Shown here: in pieces, positions 19,223 through 26,215 of the stretch
Layout: each line of letters starts with the position of its first letter
Numbering within the stretch: position 1 is the stretch's first letter
IMG/VR virus record: IMGVR_UViG_3300002180_000056
Coordinates: 1-26,577 of that record
Strand: one strand, 5' to 3'
DNA from: a virus
Lineage: Duplodnaviria; Caudoviricetes
DNA length: 26,577 nucleotides
The notes under the pieces: generated by a model
The model's input: the letters and a program-made list of their open reading frames with translations, nothing else
Databases searched by the model: none
Told to the model about the DNA's origin: nothing
Position numbers and translations under genes: made by a program

Positions 19223-19588
19223 TTAGCTAAACCGCCACTGATTCGCTTCAACCCCTTTTTTGACTTCATGCTGTATCGATTCAACAAGCCGCTTTGCTGC
19301 CAAAGCCAATGTAATAATTTCTCTTTCGGTCATATCTGCAATAGTTTTATCTGTCTCGCATTCGCACAAAAGAGATAAGAGTTTCACGCACCATGGGGTT
19401 TCATTAAGTACCTCAGCCAGCAGATCTGAATCATCCCCGCCCATTAGCCGGTCGGTTATTTCATCAATACGTTCCTGTTCCGCCTGCTCTCGCTCTTCAT
19501 CGCTCATAAGGCTCCTTTGCTTTGCTTCAGACTCTTCTAGTTGGCTATAGTAGTCGTTGGTGTCTCGGTTTACTCGGTCAATTTCCAT
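19223..19588 (-). CDS. Hypothetical protein
   Basis: 121 aa acidic, in the minus-strand gene train. Confidence 0.65.
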   Translation of the reverse strand: MEIDRVNRDTNDYYSQLEESEAKQRSLMSDEEREQAEQERIDEITDRLMGGDDSDLLAEVLNETPWCVKLLSLLCECETDKTIADMTEREIITLALAAKRLVESIQHEVKKGVEANQWRFS

Positions 19589-19590
19589 AG

Positions 19591-19956
19591 CTAATCAACC
19601 TCTAAAGGAAATACGTTGGTTAGCCCTGCATCAGATTGATTGCGCCTTGCTTCGTACATGCGCTTACGGGCACCATTGCTAAGGTCTACCCTTTCCATGC
19701 TTGATAGGTAGAGTGGGCTTTCAGATGGCTCTACGTCGTTCTCAGATTGGATTTGATCCTCCCAGCGTCTTGGGCCAACTATAGCCCTTGCTTCGTGTGT
19801 CTCGCGGCATTCAGCTTGAGATCGGATCAGGTTTTCTAGTGAGTTAACTTTTAGGGTTAGCTTGTGAACTTGACGATCTCGATCTGCCAATTGCTGCTCT
19901 AACTTGCGGATGGTTGCTTTCATTTTCTCTTGCCTCGTTAGTTCCTCTTGATACAT
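19591..19956 (-). CDS. Hypothetical coiled-coil protein
   Basis: 121 aa, heptad-like N-terminus. Confidence 0.65.
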   Translation of the reverse strand: MYQEELTRQEKMKATIRKLEQQLADRDRQVHKLTLKVNSLENLIRSQAECRETHEARAIVGPRRWEDQIQSENDVEPSESPLYLSSMERVDLSNGARKRMYEARRNQSDAGLTNVFPLEVD

Positions 19957-20117
19957 CTTGCGCTAGTTATAGTGTCAATTTCGTTTGACTGGATGCGGTA
20001 TTTTGTCTCTTGCTCGTGCTTAAATCCGTAATTCTCCAGAACTTCTTTTATAGCTCCCTCAAAAAGGCCGCCAGGAAGCTCGACCATAACAACATCACCC
20101 GCCTTGTAAGGCTTCAT
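19938..20117 (-). CDS. Hypothetical protein (59 aa, start revised)
   Basis: MKPYKAGDVVMV...; ATGA overlap with upstream ORF. Confidence 0.6.
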   Translation of the reverse strand: MKPYKAGDVVMVELPGGLFEGAIKEVLENYGFKHEQETKYRIQSNEIDTITSARCIKRN

Positions 20118-20287
20118 TTCTGAAGCCTCATCTCTGCCAGCGTTGCGTCTATGCACTCTTTAACCATCACTCTGACTTTCTTGCTGTGCGTATCATAATG
20201 AAGGCCCATTGTGCTATTGAACGCTTCTTCAACAAGCTCTGGAGTTGCGTTATCTTCTGTAAGAATGATGAATTTGTCGTTTTTCAT
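20114..20287 (-). CDS. Hypothetical protein, 57 aa (not in ORF track)
   Basis: MKNDKFIILTEDNATPELVEEAFNSTMGLHYDTHSKKVRVMVKECIDATLAEMRLQK. Confidence 0.65.
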   Translation of the reverse strand: MKNDKFIILTEDNATPELVEEAFNSTMGLHYDTHSKKVRVMVKECIDATLAEMRLQK

Positions 20288-20330
20288 TTTCTAGTTTCTC
20301 TTTAGTTAGTGTCTTTGTGTGTATGGGTTT

Positions 20331-20374
20331 AGTATACACGCATATATAGAGAGCGGTAGCTTTTTATGTGTCTA
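20331..20374 (-). promoter_or_regulatory. Leftward promoter/operator, copy 1
   Basis: -10 TATACT (20331-20336); 13 bp TATACACGCATAT shared with 26508-26520; weak -35. Confidence 0.5.
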
Positions 20375-20567
20375 TGTTAGATCGGATTGGTATATCGTTA
20401 TACTTAAAATAACTAGACCTCATGTAATAGTCACACGTAACCACGCCTTTGATAGTGACTGGCTTGAATATAGAATATGACTGCACGCAACCTGGCGTAG
20501 CGTTAAACCGATAGCAGGTTTTGGATAGCTCGCAGTCTTTGTTTTCGCACATTGAAATATCAGGCAT
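20364..20567 (-). CDS. Small Cys-rich phage protein
   Basis: 'MPDISMC...C.L...CYRF.A.P...QSY'; AAGGAG RBS. Confidence 0.7.
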   Translation of the reverse strand: MPDISMCENKDCELSKTCYRFNATPGCVQSYSIFKPVTIKGVVTCDYYMRSSYFKYNDIPIRSNIDT

Positions 20568-20759
20568 GGTTTGGCTCCTTAGTGATTATTACCGCCCTTT
20601 CATTTGATCCCCGTAGGTAGTCAAATTACTAAGCTCCCCTAGTCCTGTAAACAGGCTTCAAATAGATAACGGACAGTTTGGCGGTGTTGTCCCGTCTAGT
20701 GTTATCAGCTTTTTGTCAGCTTTTTTGAACGGCGGCCACTAACTAGGGCTATGTTTGCT

Positions 20760-20788
20760 TTGATCTTTTACGATTGGCGCATTATACT
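20760..20788 (+). promoter_or_regulatory. Sigma70-like promoter, antisense to the early arm
   Basis: TTGATC-17 bp-TATACT. Confidence 0.6.
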
Positions 20789-20794
20789 AACGGC

Positions 20795-20931
20795 CATTGA
20801 CGCTAGGAGGTTCGGTCCTTCGTCAAACAGGTTGTCTTGTAAACAACCGAGATAGAAGTTTAACCCAACCGGCTGAGATATGCCAATTAGACTTTTATCG
20901 CATCTAAGCCAGTTTAATCGCTGGCTTTTTT
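20795..20931 (+). ncRNA. Putative antisense small RNA of about 135 nt
   Basis: Bounded by promoter and terminator; hairpins at 20797-20826 and 20830-20848; no ORF. Confidence 0.5.
20906..20931 (+). terminator. Rho-independent terminator
   Basis: AAGCCAG-TTTAATCG-CTGGCTT followed by a T run. Confidence 0.7.
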
Positions 20932-21035
20932 GTGTCTCGTTATTATGGTTTGCCCCTCCAGCCCTTCCCTGGATACGTTTTCGACGCTATTGTAGCCAAT
21001 AGACTTACGCGCTATTCGGGCCTTAATCTTTGCTT

Positions 21036-21236
21036 CTATATGTTCGGCTCATGGAACAGATTGTTGTTTTTAAGTTTAATGATTTCGTCCGGCGTAACCC
21101 CAAGCTTTATAAGCTCAAGAACTGGGATACCTTCGCTTCCTTTATCAAACCCCTCCATGCCGCTAAAATAGCTTACTAGGCCGTTTTTGTCAGTTATAGC
21201 GCCCGTTTCTTTATCGTATTCAAATATTGTTTTCAT
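21036..21236 (-). CDS. Hypothetical protein, paralogue of cassette ORF 25419-25619
   Basis: Both 66 aa; share Y...TGAITD.NG and G.T...II.LK. Confidence 0.75.
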   Translation of the reverse strand: MKTIFEYDKETGAITDKNGLVSYFSGMEGFDKGSEGIPVLELIKLGVTPDEIIKLKNNNLFHEPNI

Positions 21237-21385
21237 TCAGTTATATCCTCTATTTTGTCAGCCAACGGCTTATCTGGCCTATCCGCACAAAACTCACAGC
21301 CTGGATTACCGCACTGCGGCTCAGTCCACTCATTAGTATCATCATCATAATAAGCATCGTACTTTTCACTTCGTTTGATTGTCAT
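21233..21385 (-). CDS. Small Cys-containing protein, 50 aa (not in ORF track)
   Basis: MTIKRSEKYDAYYDDDTNEWTEPQCGNPGCEFCADRPDKPLADKIEDITE; ATGA overlap. Confidence 0.7.
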   Translation of the reverse strand: MTIKRSEKYDAYYDDDTNEWTEPQCGNPGCEFCADRPDKPLADKIEDITE

Positions 21386-21553
21386 TTAACTATCCCTCTC
21401 TTCAAGTAGCTCTACAATCCGCGCTAAGTGGTAAAACAAAATACAAGCACCAGTAACAGCGAGTAGAACTAAAGATTCTAGTTGTCCATCAACAAATATA
21501 TTTAACGCTGAAACGGCAACAGCCAAAATAATCCATAATGCTTTAGTTTTCAT
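21386..21553 (-). CDS. Small membrane protein, 55 aa (not in ORF track)
   Basis: MKTKALWIILAVAVSALNIFVDGQLESLVLLAVTGACILFYHLARIVELLEERDS; GGAGG RBS. Confidence 0.7.
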   Translation of the reverse strand: MKTKALWIILAVAVSALNIFVDGQLESLVLLAVTGACILFYHLARIVELLEERDS

Positions 21554-21713
21554 TAATCACCTCCACATCGTCCTTAAAGATGATATTGATATGTCCCGCT
21601 GGCTCCCTAGCCCAAAAAAACTCACTGCATTCCCTTTCTACTTCAACGGTTTTACCAAGCATCTTGGCGTACCACGTATGATTGTACTTGCTCTTTTTTA
21701 TTCGTACTTTCAC
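21543..21713 (-). CDS. Hypothetical protein, 56 aa (not in ORF track)
   Basis: GTG start overlapping the HNH stop; MKVRIKKSKYNHTWYAKMLGK...WAREPAGHINIIFKDD. Confidence 0.65.
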   Translation of the reverse strand: MKVRIKKSKYNHTWYAKMLGKTVEVERECSEFFWAREPAGHINIIFKDDVEVINEN

Positions 21714-22375
21714 AGTCTATCCAAAGAATTAATTAATCCGTTTGTAGTGTGCTCTAGGTTATTGTCGATGACGTAAGCGTCATAGGTTTTGGCGGCTTCT
21801 AGGGCTTTCTCAAAATAGCCGATATGGATCACCTTGCTATCAACACTGATTTGAACGCGCCATTTATTTTGTGGCTTGTCAAAGCTTACTCCGCGATAAC
21901 CGCTTGTATTATTAGCCCTTAATCGCCTAGTGTTTCTGGATTGAACCGACTGCGTGGTAAGCCTGCAATTGCCTGGGCAGTAGTCACCATCGTTATCAAT
22001 ACGATCAATTTTAAGGTTGTCTAAATAACCATTAGCTAAAGACCAGTCACGGAACAGGTCGAAATTGATCCATTCATCACAAACTTTTATTCCACGACCG
22101 CCATAACAACTATAATCAGAGTTGTTTACGTTGTTGCATCGTTGATTCATACCCTTCCATATTTTATATAACCTAGTGCCAGTTCCTCCGTGTTTTGAGA
22201 AACGCTTACCAGTAGCAATCGCAGCGCACGGCTTGCATGATTTCGCTCTAAGCCCACTATGAATAACAACTTCCACGCTTGTCGTGCAATCTGAGCAAAG
22301 AAATAAACCATAACGACGCTTTTGCGCGCTTAATTCTGTCGGGAAACGCATGTCGAGCTTTTTGATTAATTGCAT
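21710..22375 (-). CDS. HNH-AP2 homing endonuclease
   Basis: 'YGGRGIKVCDEW', 'IDRIDNDGDY.PGNCR', 'NNTSGYRGV'; paralogue of 18367-19191. Confidence 0.9.
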   Translation of the reverse strand: MQLIKKLDMRFPTELSAQKRRYGLFLCSDCTTSVEVVIHSGLRAKSCKPCAAIATGKRFSKHGGTGTRLYKIWKGMNQRCNNVNNSDYSCYGGRGIKVCDEWINFDLFRDWSLANGYLDNLKIDRIDNDGDYCPGNCRLTTQSVQSRNTRRLRANNTSGYRGVSFDKPQNKWRVQISVDSKVIHIGYFEKALEAAKTYDAYVIDNNLEHTTNGLINSLDRL

Positions 22376-22384
22376 TTGAATAAT

Positions 22385-22481
22385 CTCCAGTCACGGATTA
22401 ATCAGTCGAAGTGTTGCGCCAATGGGTGACTGAATTCCCATGTTTCGGCCTGCATTGCCTAGGCGCACAACCATTATAGCA
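22385..22481 (-). ncRNA. Structured leader with extended -10 promoter (c4-antisense-like)
   Basis: TGCTATAAT; closing stem TGCGCC/GGCGCA; hairpin loop TCAGTCA(C) complementary to two downstream sites, one overlapping the GGAG RBS. Confidence 0.55.
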
Positions 22482-22483
22482 GC

Positions 22484-22960
22484 CTATTCAGCATCAGAAA
22501 ACGCTCGAAGCGCGATTCTCACCCCTTTGCTGCGATTCCCTTTGCCAATCTCTGTCGCTAGTTTAGCGTCACTATCCGCCATGATGATGTTGTGGGGGAA
22601 CATTGCATCACCCCTATTCAATACCGGCTTGTGCTTCTTGGCTGTTACTTTACGCTGGAAAACTTCCGTAATGTAATTTTCTATATATTCTTTAAGCGTA
22701 CCATGCTTTAGCTTTTTCATCTCAACTCTAGGCTTAAATACAAAGCCATCGAAGTCAGGGTATTGATGCTTGTTGGCTTCAATGTAATTGTTTAGATACC
22801 CCTCAAGAAACTCAATTACCTCTACAGCAGTGGCCCTGTCGTAAATAGGATATTTACCTTCTGTATTGGCTAGGTACGCCATCACTCTATAATCCAGCTT
22901 GATGCCGGTCTCTTTCTCAAACTGCCTTTTGAAGTCAGGCATTGCTTCATGTTTCATCAT
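22484..22960 (-). CDS. Hypothetical protein, possible C-terminal DNA-binding module
   Basis: 158 aa; basic stretch followed by 'LATEIGKGNRSKGVRIAL' (ribbon-helix-helix-like, inference). Confidence 0.55.
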   Translation of the reverse strand: MMKHEAMPDFKRQFEKETGIKLDYRVMAYLANTEGKYPIYDRATAVEVIEFLEGYLNNYIEANKHQYPDFDGFVFKPRVEMKKLKHGTLKEYIENYITEVFQRKVTAKKHKPVLNRGDAMFPHNIIMADSDAKLATEIGKGNRSKGVRIALRAFSDAE

Positions 22961-22974
22961 TCTGTATTACCTCG

Positions 22975-23052
22975 TTATTTTCCATGTTTTGGCTTTAATA
23001 TCCTAATATGCGGAAAGTGCGGAATGTGTGCCGCTTATTACCGCTGTTATAT
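22975..23052 (+). other. Array-proximal attI-like / degenerate attC site, copy 2
   Basis: Matches 15434-15520 apart from 4 substitutions at the left end, one fewer 9 bp repeat and the last core base; ends GTTATAT (23046-23052). Confidence 0.65.
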
Positions 23053-23463
23053 GGCTGCCACTCCTAATAATCCAGCGCCTAAACTACCGAAACCTTGACG
23101 CATCGTTGTGTTCATTGTTGCCGCCTGTCTTTGCAATTCTACTAGCCTCCTTTGCTCTGAAAAAACATCATAATTAACAGCTGGGCCATCCTTTATTATG
23201 CCAACCCCTTTCATGGCATTTACTAGTAAATCGGCCTCGGTCTGCTCTCTAACCATATTCTTTAATTTGTTGCGTTCTGTTTCTATTTTGCAAGCCGCTT
23301 CTTTTATCCTGTCCACCTCTTTGTCTAAAACGGCTACGCGATCAAGTAAATCAGCATTATTGCCATTAGCATCGTTTATTTGTTCACTTAGCTCATCGTT
23401 ACTTTTTGTTAGCCGTTTTACCTCAGCTTTAATCTCTCTCTTTCCTTTAAAATACATAATCAT
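23047..23463 (-). CDS. Cassette B1 ORF, coiled-coil protein
   Basis: 138 aa; stop in core site. Confidence 0.75.
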   Translation of the reverse strand: MIMYFKGKREIKAEVKRLTKSNDELSEQINDANGNNADLLDRVAVLDKEVDRIKEAACKIETERNKLKNMVREQTEADLLVNAMKGVGIIKDGPAVNYDVFSEQRRLVELQRQAATMNTTMRQGFGSLGAGLLGVAAI

Positions 23464-23471
23464 ATCCCGCC

Positions 23472-23534
23472 ATATAACAAGGTGTTGAAAAATGGACGGG
23501 CAAAAGCGCCCGCCTTTTAACTTAAGCGTTATAC
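23472..23534 (+). repeat. attC site B1 (63 bp)
   Basis: ATATAAC...GGACGGGCAAAAGCGCCCGCC...GTTATAC. Confidence 0.9.
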
Positions 23535-23834
23535 GGCTTCGCCGCAGTATGAAACAGAAAGCCCACTACTACCCTCAACCTTGCATTGTGCATCATTGAA
23601 TAGTGTTGTTATGTCTGTGCTTTTTGGTACTGCGTCATACCAGTAAGGGCTGAACGGTGGTCGCCATCGATCCCGATCGATAACAATTGGACAAGAGGGG
23701 ATATGAGTTTCTTTAACACCAAACAGCGAATCAAGCTGCTCGTACAGCTCCCTGGCTTCGGTAATGGTCAGCTCAACCTCATTGCCGCTTTTGGTTTCCA
23801 GTGCGATCTTTGTTAGTTTAAGTTTCTTGCTCAT
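23529..23834 (-). CDS. Cassette B2 ORF, hypothetical (101 aa, start revised)
   Basis: MSKKLKLTK... with GGAG RBS; the longer ORF-track start runs through the attC into the next cassette. Confidence 0.75.
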   Translation of the reverse strand: MSKKLKLTKIALETKSGNEVELTITEARELYEQLDSLFGVKETHIPSCPIVIDRDRWRPPFSPYWYDAVPKSTDITTLFNDAQCKVEGSSGLSVSYCGEAV

Positions 23835-23858
23835 TTTCGTGTCTCCAAGTTTTGCGCC

Positions 23859-23919
23859 GTATAACAAGGCGCTAAAATTCGACTCCGCTACGCTGCGCGA
23901 TTTAGCTAAAGCGTTATAT
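23859..23919 (+). repeat. attC site B2 (61 bp)
   Basis: GTATAAC...GTTATAT; near-duplicate of attC A1. Confidence 0.9.
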
Positions 23920-24135
23920 GGCTTCAATTTGCACATTTTTAGCCCATGATGTACCGTCAATAGCCATTGAAGTTATGAAATATAAATTACTATCTACGTG
24001 TAAAATTATCTCTTCTTTATCGGTTCCTGCATTAAGTATTTGCTCTGCGTTATAAGAAATGCGTTCGCCTTCGTAAGTGACTTTCAGCTTGTCGCCTTCT
24101 TTAATCTGTCCTGCATATAACAAGTCATTCAACAT
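23914..24135 (-). CDS. Cassette B3 ORF, hypothetical
   Basis: 73 aa; ATG and GAGG RBS lie inside attC B3. Confidence 0.75.
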   Translation of the reverse strand: MLNDLLYAGQIKEGDKLKVTYEGERISYNAEQILNAGTDKEEIILHVDSNLYFITSMAIDGTSWAKNVQIEAI

Positions 24136-24187
24136 CGCTCGTTCCTCGCTTGGACGGCTTCGCCGCCAGTTAATTAAGGCGTTATAT
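24115..24187 (+). repeat. attC site B3 (73 bp)
   Basis: ATATAAC AAGTC ATTCAAC...GTTAAT TAAGGC GTTATAT. Confidence 0.9.
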
Positions 24188-24412
24188 TGCCTTGCTGCCT
24201 AGCCAGTTATTTTTTAGCCCCAAGTACCAGCTATACGTATAAAATATTGTTAACATTAAAATACCCCACTGCTCTGCGGTATACGCTGAATAAAACCAAA
24301 ACGGCTGGCCCGCCAACCCAAACAAGCAGGCATATTTTTTCCACGCCTCCTTGCTTTGCTGTGTAAGCCAAATTGCCAAACCTCCGGTTATTGCTATTGC
24401 TAGTTGCTCCAA
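24182..24412 (-). CDS. Cassette B4 ORF, small 3-TM membrane protein (PnuC/SemiSWEET-like half transporter, tentative)
   Basis: 'FGLAGQPFWFY......QWGI', three hydrophobic segments; TTG start with AAGGAG. Confidence 0.6.
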   Translation of the reverse strand: MEQLAIAITGGLAIWLTQQSKEAWKKYACLFGLAGQPFWFYSAYTAEQWGILMLTIFYTYSWYLGLKNNWLGSKAI

Positions 24413-24430
24413 AACCTTCTCCTTAATTTA

Positions 24431-24490
24431 ATATAACAAGGTTCATCAAGCCGATTCGCTACACTCACGGCTTATTAACGGGCGTTAGGC
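24431..24490 (+). repeat. attC site B4 (60 bp)
   Basis: ATATAAC...ATCAAGCCG...CGGCTTAT...GTTAGGC. Confidence 0.9.
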
Positions 24491-24616
24491 GCCTAAAAAT
24501 AGGCCGATATTCAATCCAGCAATAATCCCGTTAATAGCGTCAATGGGGCTGCCACCAAAACCGGCTAATGCTAAATAGGCAAAAACAACACCAACACCCA
24601 AGTTTAAAAACTTCAT
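24485..24616 (-). CDS. Cassette B5 ORF, 43 aa hydrophobic peptide (not in ORF track)
   Basis: MKFLNLGVGVVFAYLALAGFGGSPIDAINGIIAGLNIGLFLGA; GAGG RBS; stop in core site. Confidence 0.75.
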   Translation of the reverse strand: MKFLNLGVGVVFAYLALAGFGGSPIDAINGIIAGLNIGLFLGA

Positions 24617-24638
24617 TTTTTACCTCATGCGCCGTAGC

Positions 24639-24698
24639 GCCTAACAAGAAATTCAAGCCGACCTCGCAAGCTCGGCGGTTTAATATTGGGCGTTATGT
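24639..24698 (+). repeat. attC site B5 (60 bp)
   Basis: GCCTAAC...GTTATGT; identical to attC A2 between the cores except at the apical loop. Confidence 0.95.
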
Positions 24699-25028
24699 TG
24701 CTTTAATCATAAAGCGCGGCTTTTCACATAAAGCGTTTATATTCACTAGCTGCTTCAATAGGTGCGCTCTCACCGGATCTTCGTGGTATTGCCTTTCCGC
24801 CTTTCTAATCTCGTTAGGGCTTGGTTCAATATTCCACCCACACTCAAATAATTCAGCCTTAATTTTTTTCAGCAAAAAAGCCTCATACTCACGTAGCATT
24901 GCTTCTGCTTGTTCAATTAATAGTCTATGCTCCGGTTCAACGTATGGTGGCAACATAACAAGGCGTTCGTTCAGACCTGCTACTGCGTCGGTTTTTTCTG
25001 GTTCGGCGGTTTGCTTATCTTCTTTCAT
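24693..25028 (-). CDS. Cassette B6 ORF, hypothetical
   Basis: 111 aa; start and GAGG RBS inside long attC B6. Confidence 0.7.
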   Translation of the reverse strand: MKEDKQTAEPEKTDAVAGLNERLVMLPPYVEPEHRLLIEQAEAMLREYEAFLLKKIKAELFECGWNIEPSPNEIRKAERQYHEDPVRAHLLKQLVNINALCEKPRFMIKAT

Positions 25029-25080
25029 TTTCCAAAATCCTCATGTAATTTCCGCAGGCTGCACAACTAAAGCGTTATGC
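24953..25080 (+). repeat. attC site B6 (128 bp, long variable terminal region)
   Basis: ACATAAC AAGGC GTT(C)GTTCAG(A)CCTGC...GCAGGCTGCACAAC TAAAGC GTTATGC. Confidence 0.85.
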
Positions 25081-25383
25081 GCCAATAGCGCCAATTTTAT
25101 CAATGTAATATTGGACTCTTTCAGTTGTTAAATAACCAACAACAGAATCACCGCTATCTTCTTCATCAATAAATTTTTCATCACTAGGCATTATTTCAAA
25201 CAACCCCTCATCACCACCATAGGAATATTGTCCTCTTATAATACTTAATGAATGCCCGTTTTTAAAATACACTCTGGCTCTAGCCATGCCATTAATTGGG
25301 TCGCTGACATCATCCACATGGTCAATAGTGTCTACGCATAACAATGCGTTTAACTCGGATTCGTCACTCTTCGCTTCGCTCAT
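25075..25383 (-). CDS. Cassette B7 ORF, conserved phage-type hypothetical protein
   Basis: 'F.NG..LSII.G.YSYGGDEGLFEI....V.GYLT'; start inside attC B7. Confidence 0.75.
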   Translation of the reverse strand: MSEAKSDESELNALLCVDTIDHVDDVSDPINGMARARVYFKNGHSLSIIRGQYSYGGDEGLFEIMPSDEKFIDEEDSGDSVVGYLTTERVQYYIDKIGAIGA

Positions 25384-25416
25384 TATTCCTCTCCGGTTAA
25401 CTAAATTGCGTTATAT
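25336..25416 (+). repeat. attC site B7 (81 bp)
   Basis: GCATAAC AATGC GTTTAACTCGG...CCGGTTAAC TAAATTGC GTTATAT. Confidence 0.85.
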
Positions 25417-25418
25417 GG

Positions 25419-25619
25419 CTAAATTATTTCCCTACTCTTCAGCGCAATAATATCTTCAGTTGTAAAACCTGCATCCTTCAGCTTTACAATTCCTTCCACT
25501 CCTTTGCCGTTTTGTGCTTTTGTTTCGTGTTGCTCTAGTCCAGGCCAGATGCAAATCATAATGCCGTTGTTGTCTGTAATAGCCCCTGTAGATTGCTCAT
25601 AATTTAGTTCAATTTTCAT
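25419..25619 (-). CDS. Cassette B8 ORF, paralogue of 21036-21236
   Basis: 66 aa; AAGGAG RBS. Confidence 0.75.
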   Translation of the reverse strand: MKIELNYEQSTGAITDNNGIMICIWPGLEQHETKAQNGKGVEGIVKLKDAGFTTEDIIALKSREII

Positions 25620-25640
25620 TCCTGTTTCTCCTTAATCGCC

Positions 25641-25702
25641 TTATAACAAGGCGTTCAAAATCCGACCGCAAAAAGCGCGACGGTTTAACTAAAGCGTTAA
25701 AC
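25641..25702 (+). repeat. attC site B8 (62 bp)
   Basis: TTATAAC AAGGC GTTCAAA...GGTTTAAC TAAAGC GTTAAAC. Confidence 0.9.
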
Positions 25703-26203
25703 ATTACGTTCTAAATAAACTCCGCGATCGCTCATCCGCCCCAAAGCTTCCGAGCATTCATTTCCGAATGCGAACATCACGGTACCGGCAGCACTTCGGC
25801 TTTGTTTGTGCTGGTTTTCTTTGCCTGGTATGAACTGGATCCGCCCTCCTAGAAATAGCATAGATGCGCATGATTTCATTGCCTCCTGGCACCAGGCTGC
25901 GTCTGTCCGGCTAAATACGAGAGCTACCCCGTTACCATGCGCTATCATTCTGCGGATCCAAAAAGGCGTCTCTTTGCCATACGGCGGATTAAGCCATACC
26001 CGACCGAGCCACTCTTTGCTAAGCCCATCATCAAACACAGTGAGCTTGGTTTTAGCTGGTACCGCCGTCTCCATATCGTGTGGTGATGATGGATCCAGAT
26101 CGAAAGTTATCGCCAACTCTTCAAAAATCCATGCAGGCGTGTACCACTCCGCGCTCTTGTGAGTATTTTTAGCTGCTGATTTATTTGTAAAAAGTCCGTC
26201 CAT
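25697..26203 (-). CDS. Cassette B9 ORF, phage-type DNA N6-adenine methyltransferase
   Basis: 'EWYTP', 'FDLDP', 'DDGL...W.GRVWLNPPYG', 'SRTD..W', 'GRIQF'. Confidence 0.9.
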   Translation of the reverse strand: MDGLFTNKSAAKNTHKSAEWYTPAWIFEELAITFDLDPSSPHDMETAVPAKTKLTVFDDGLSKEWLGRVWLNPPYGKETPFWIRRMIAHGNGVALVFSRTDAAWCQEAMKSCASMLFLGGRIQFIPGKENQHKQSRSAAGTVMFAFGNECSEALGRMSDRGVYLERNV

Positions 26204-26215
26204 TCGTCACCAAAT

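Noticed and set aside
24568-25131. 187 aa + strand ORF as a sense-oriented cassette gene
   Set aside because: Crosses two attC sites and three cassettes; composition typical of an antisense shadow.
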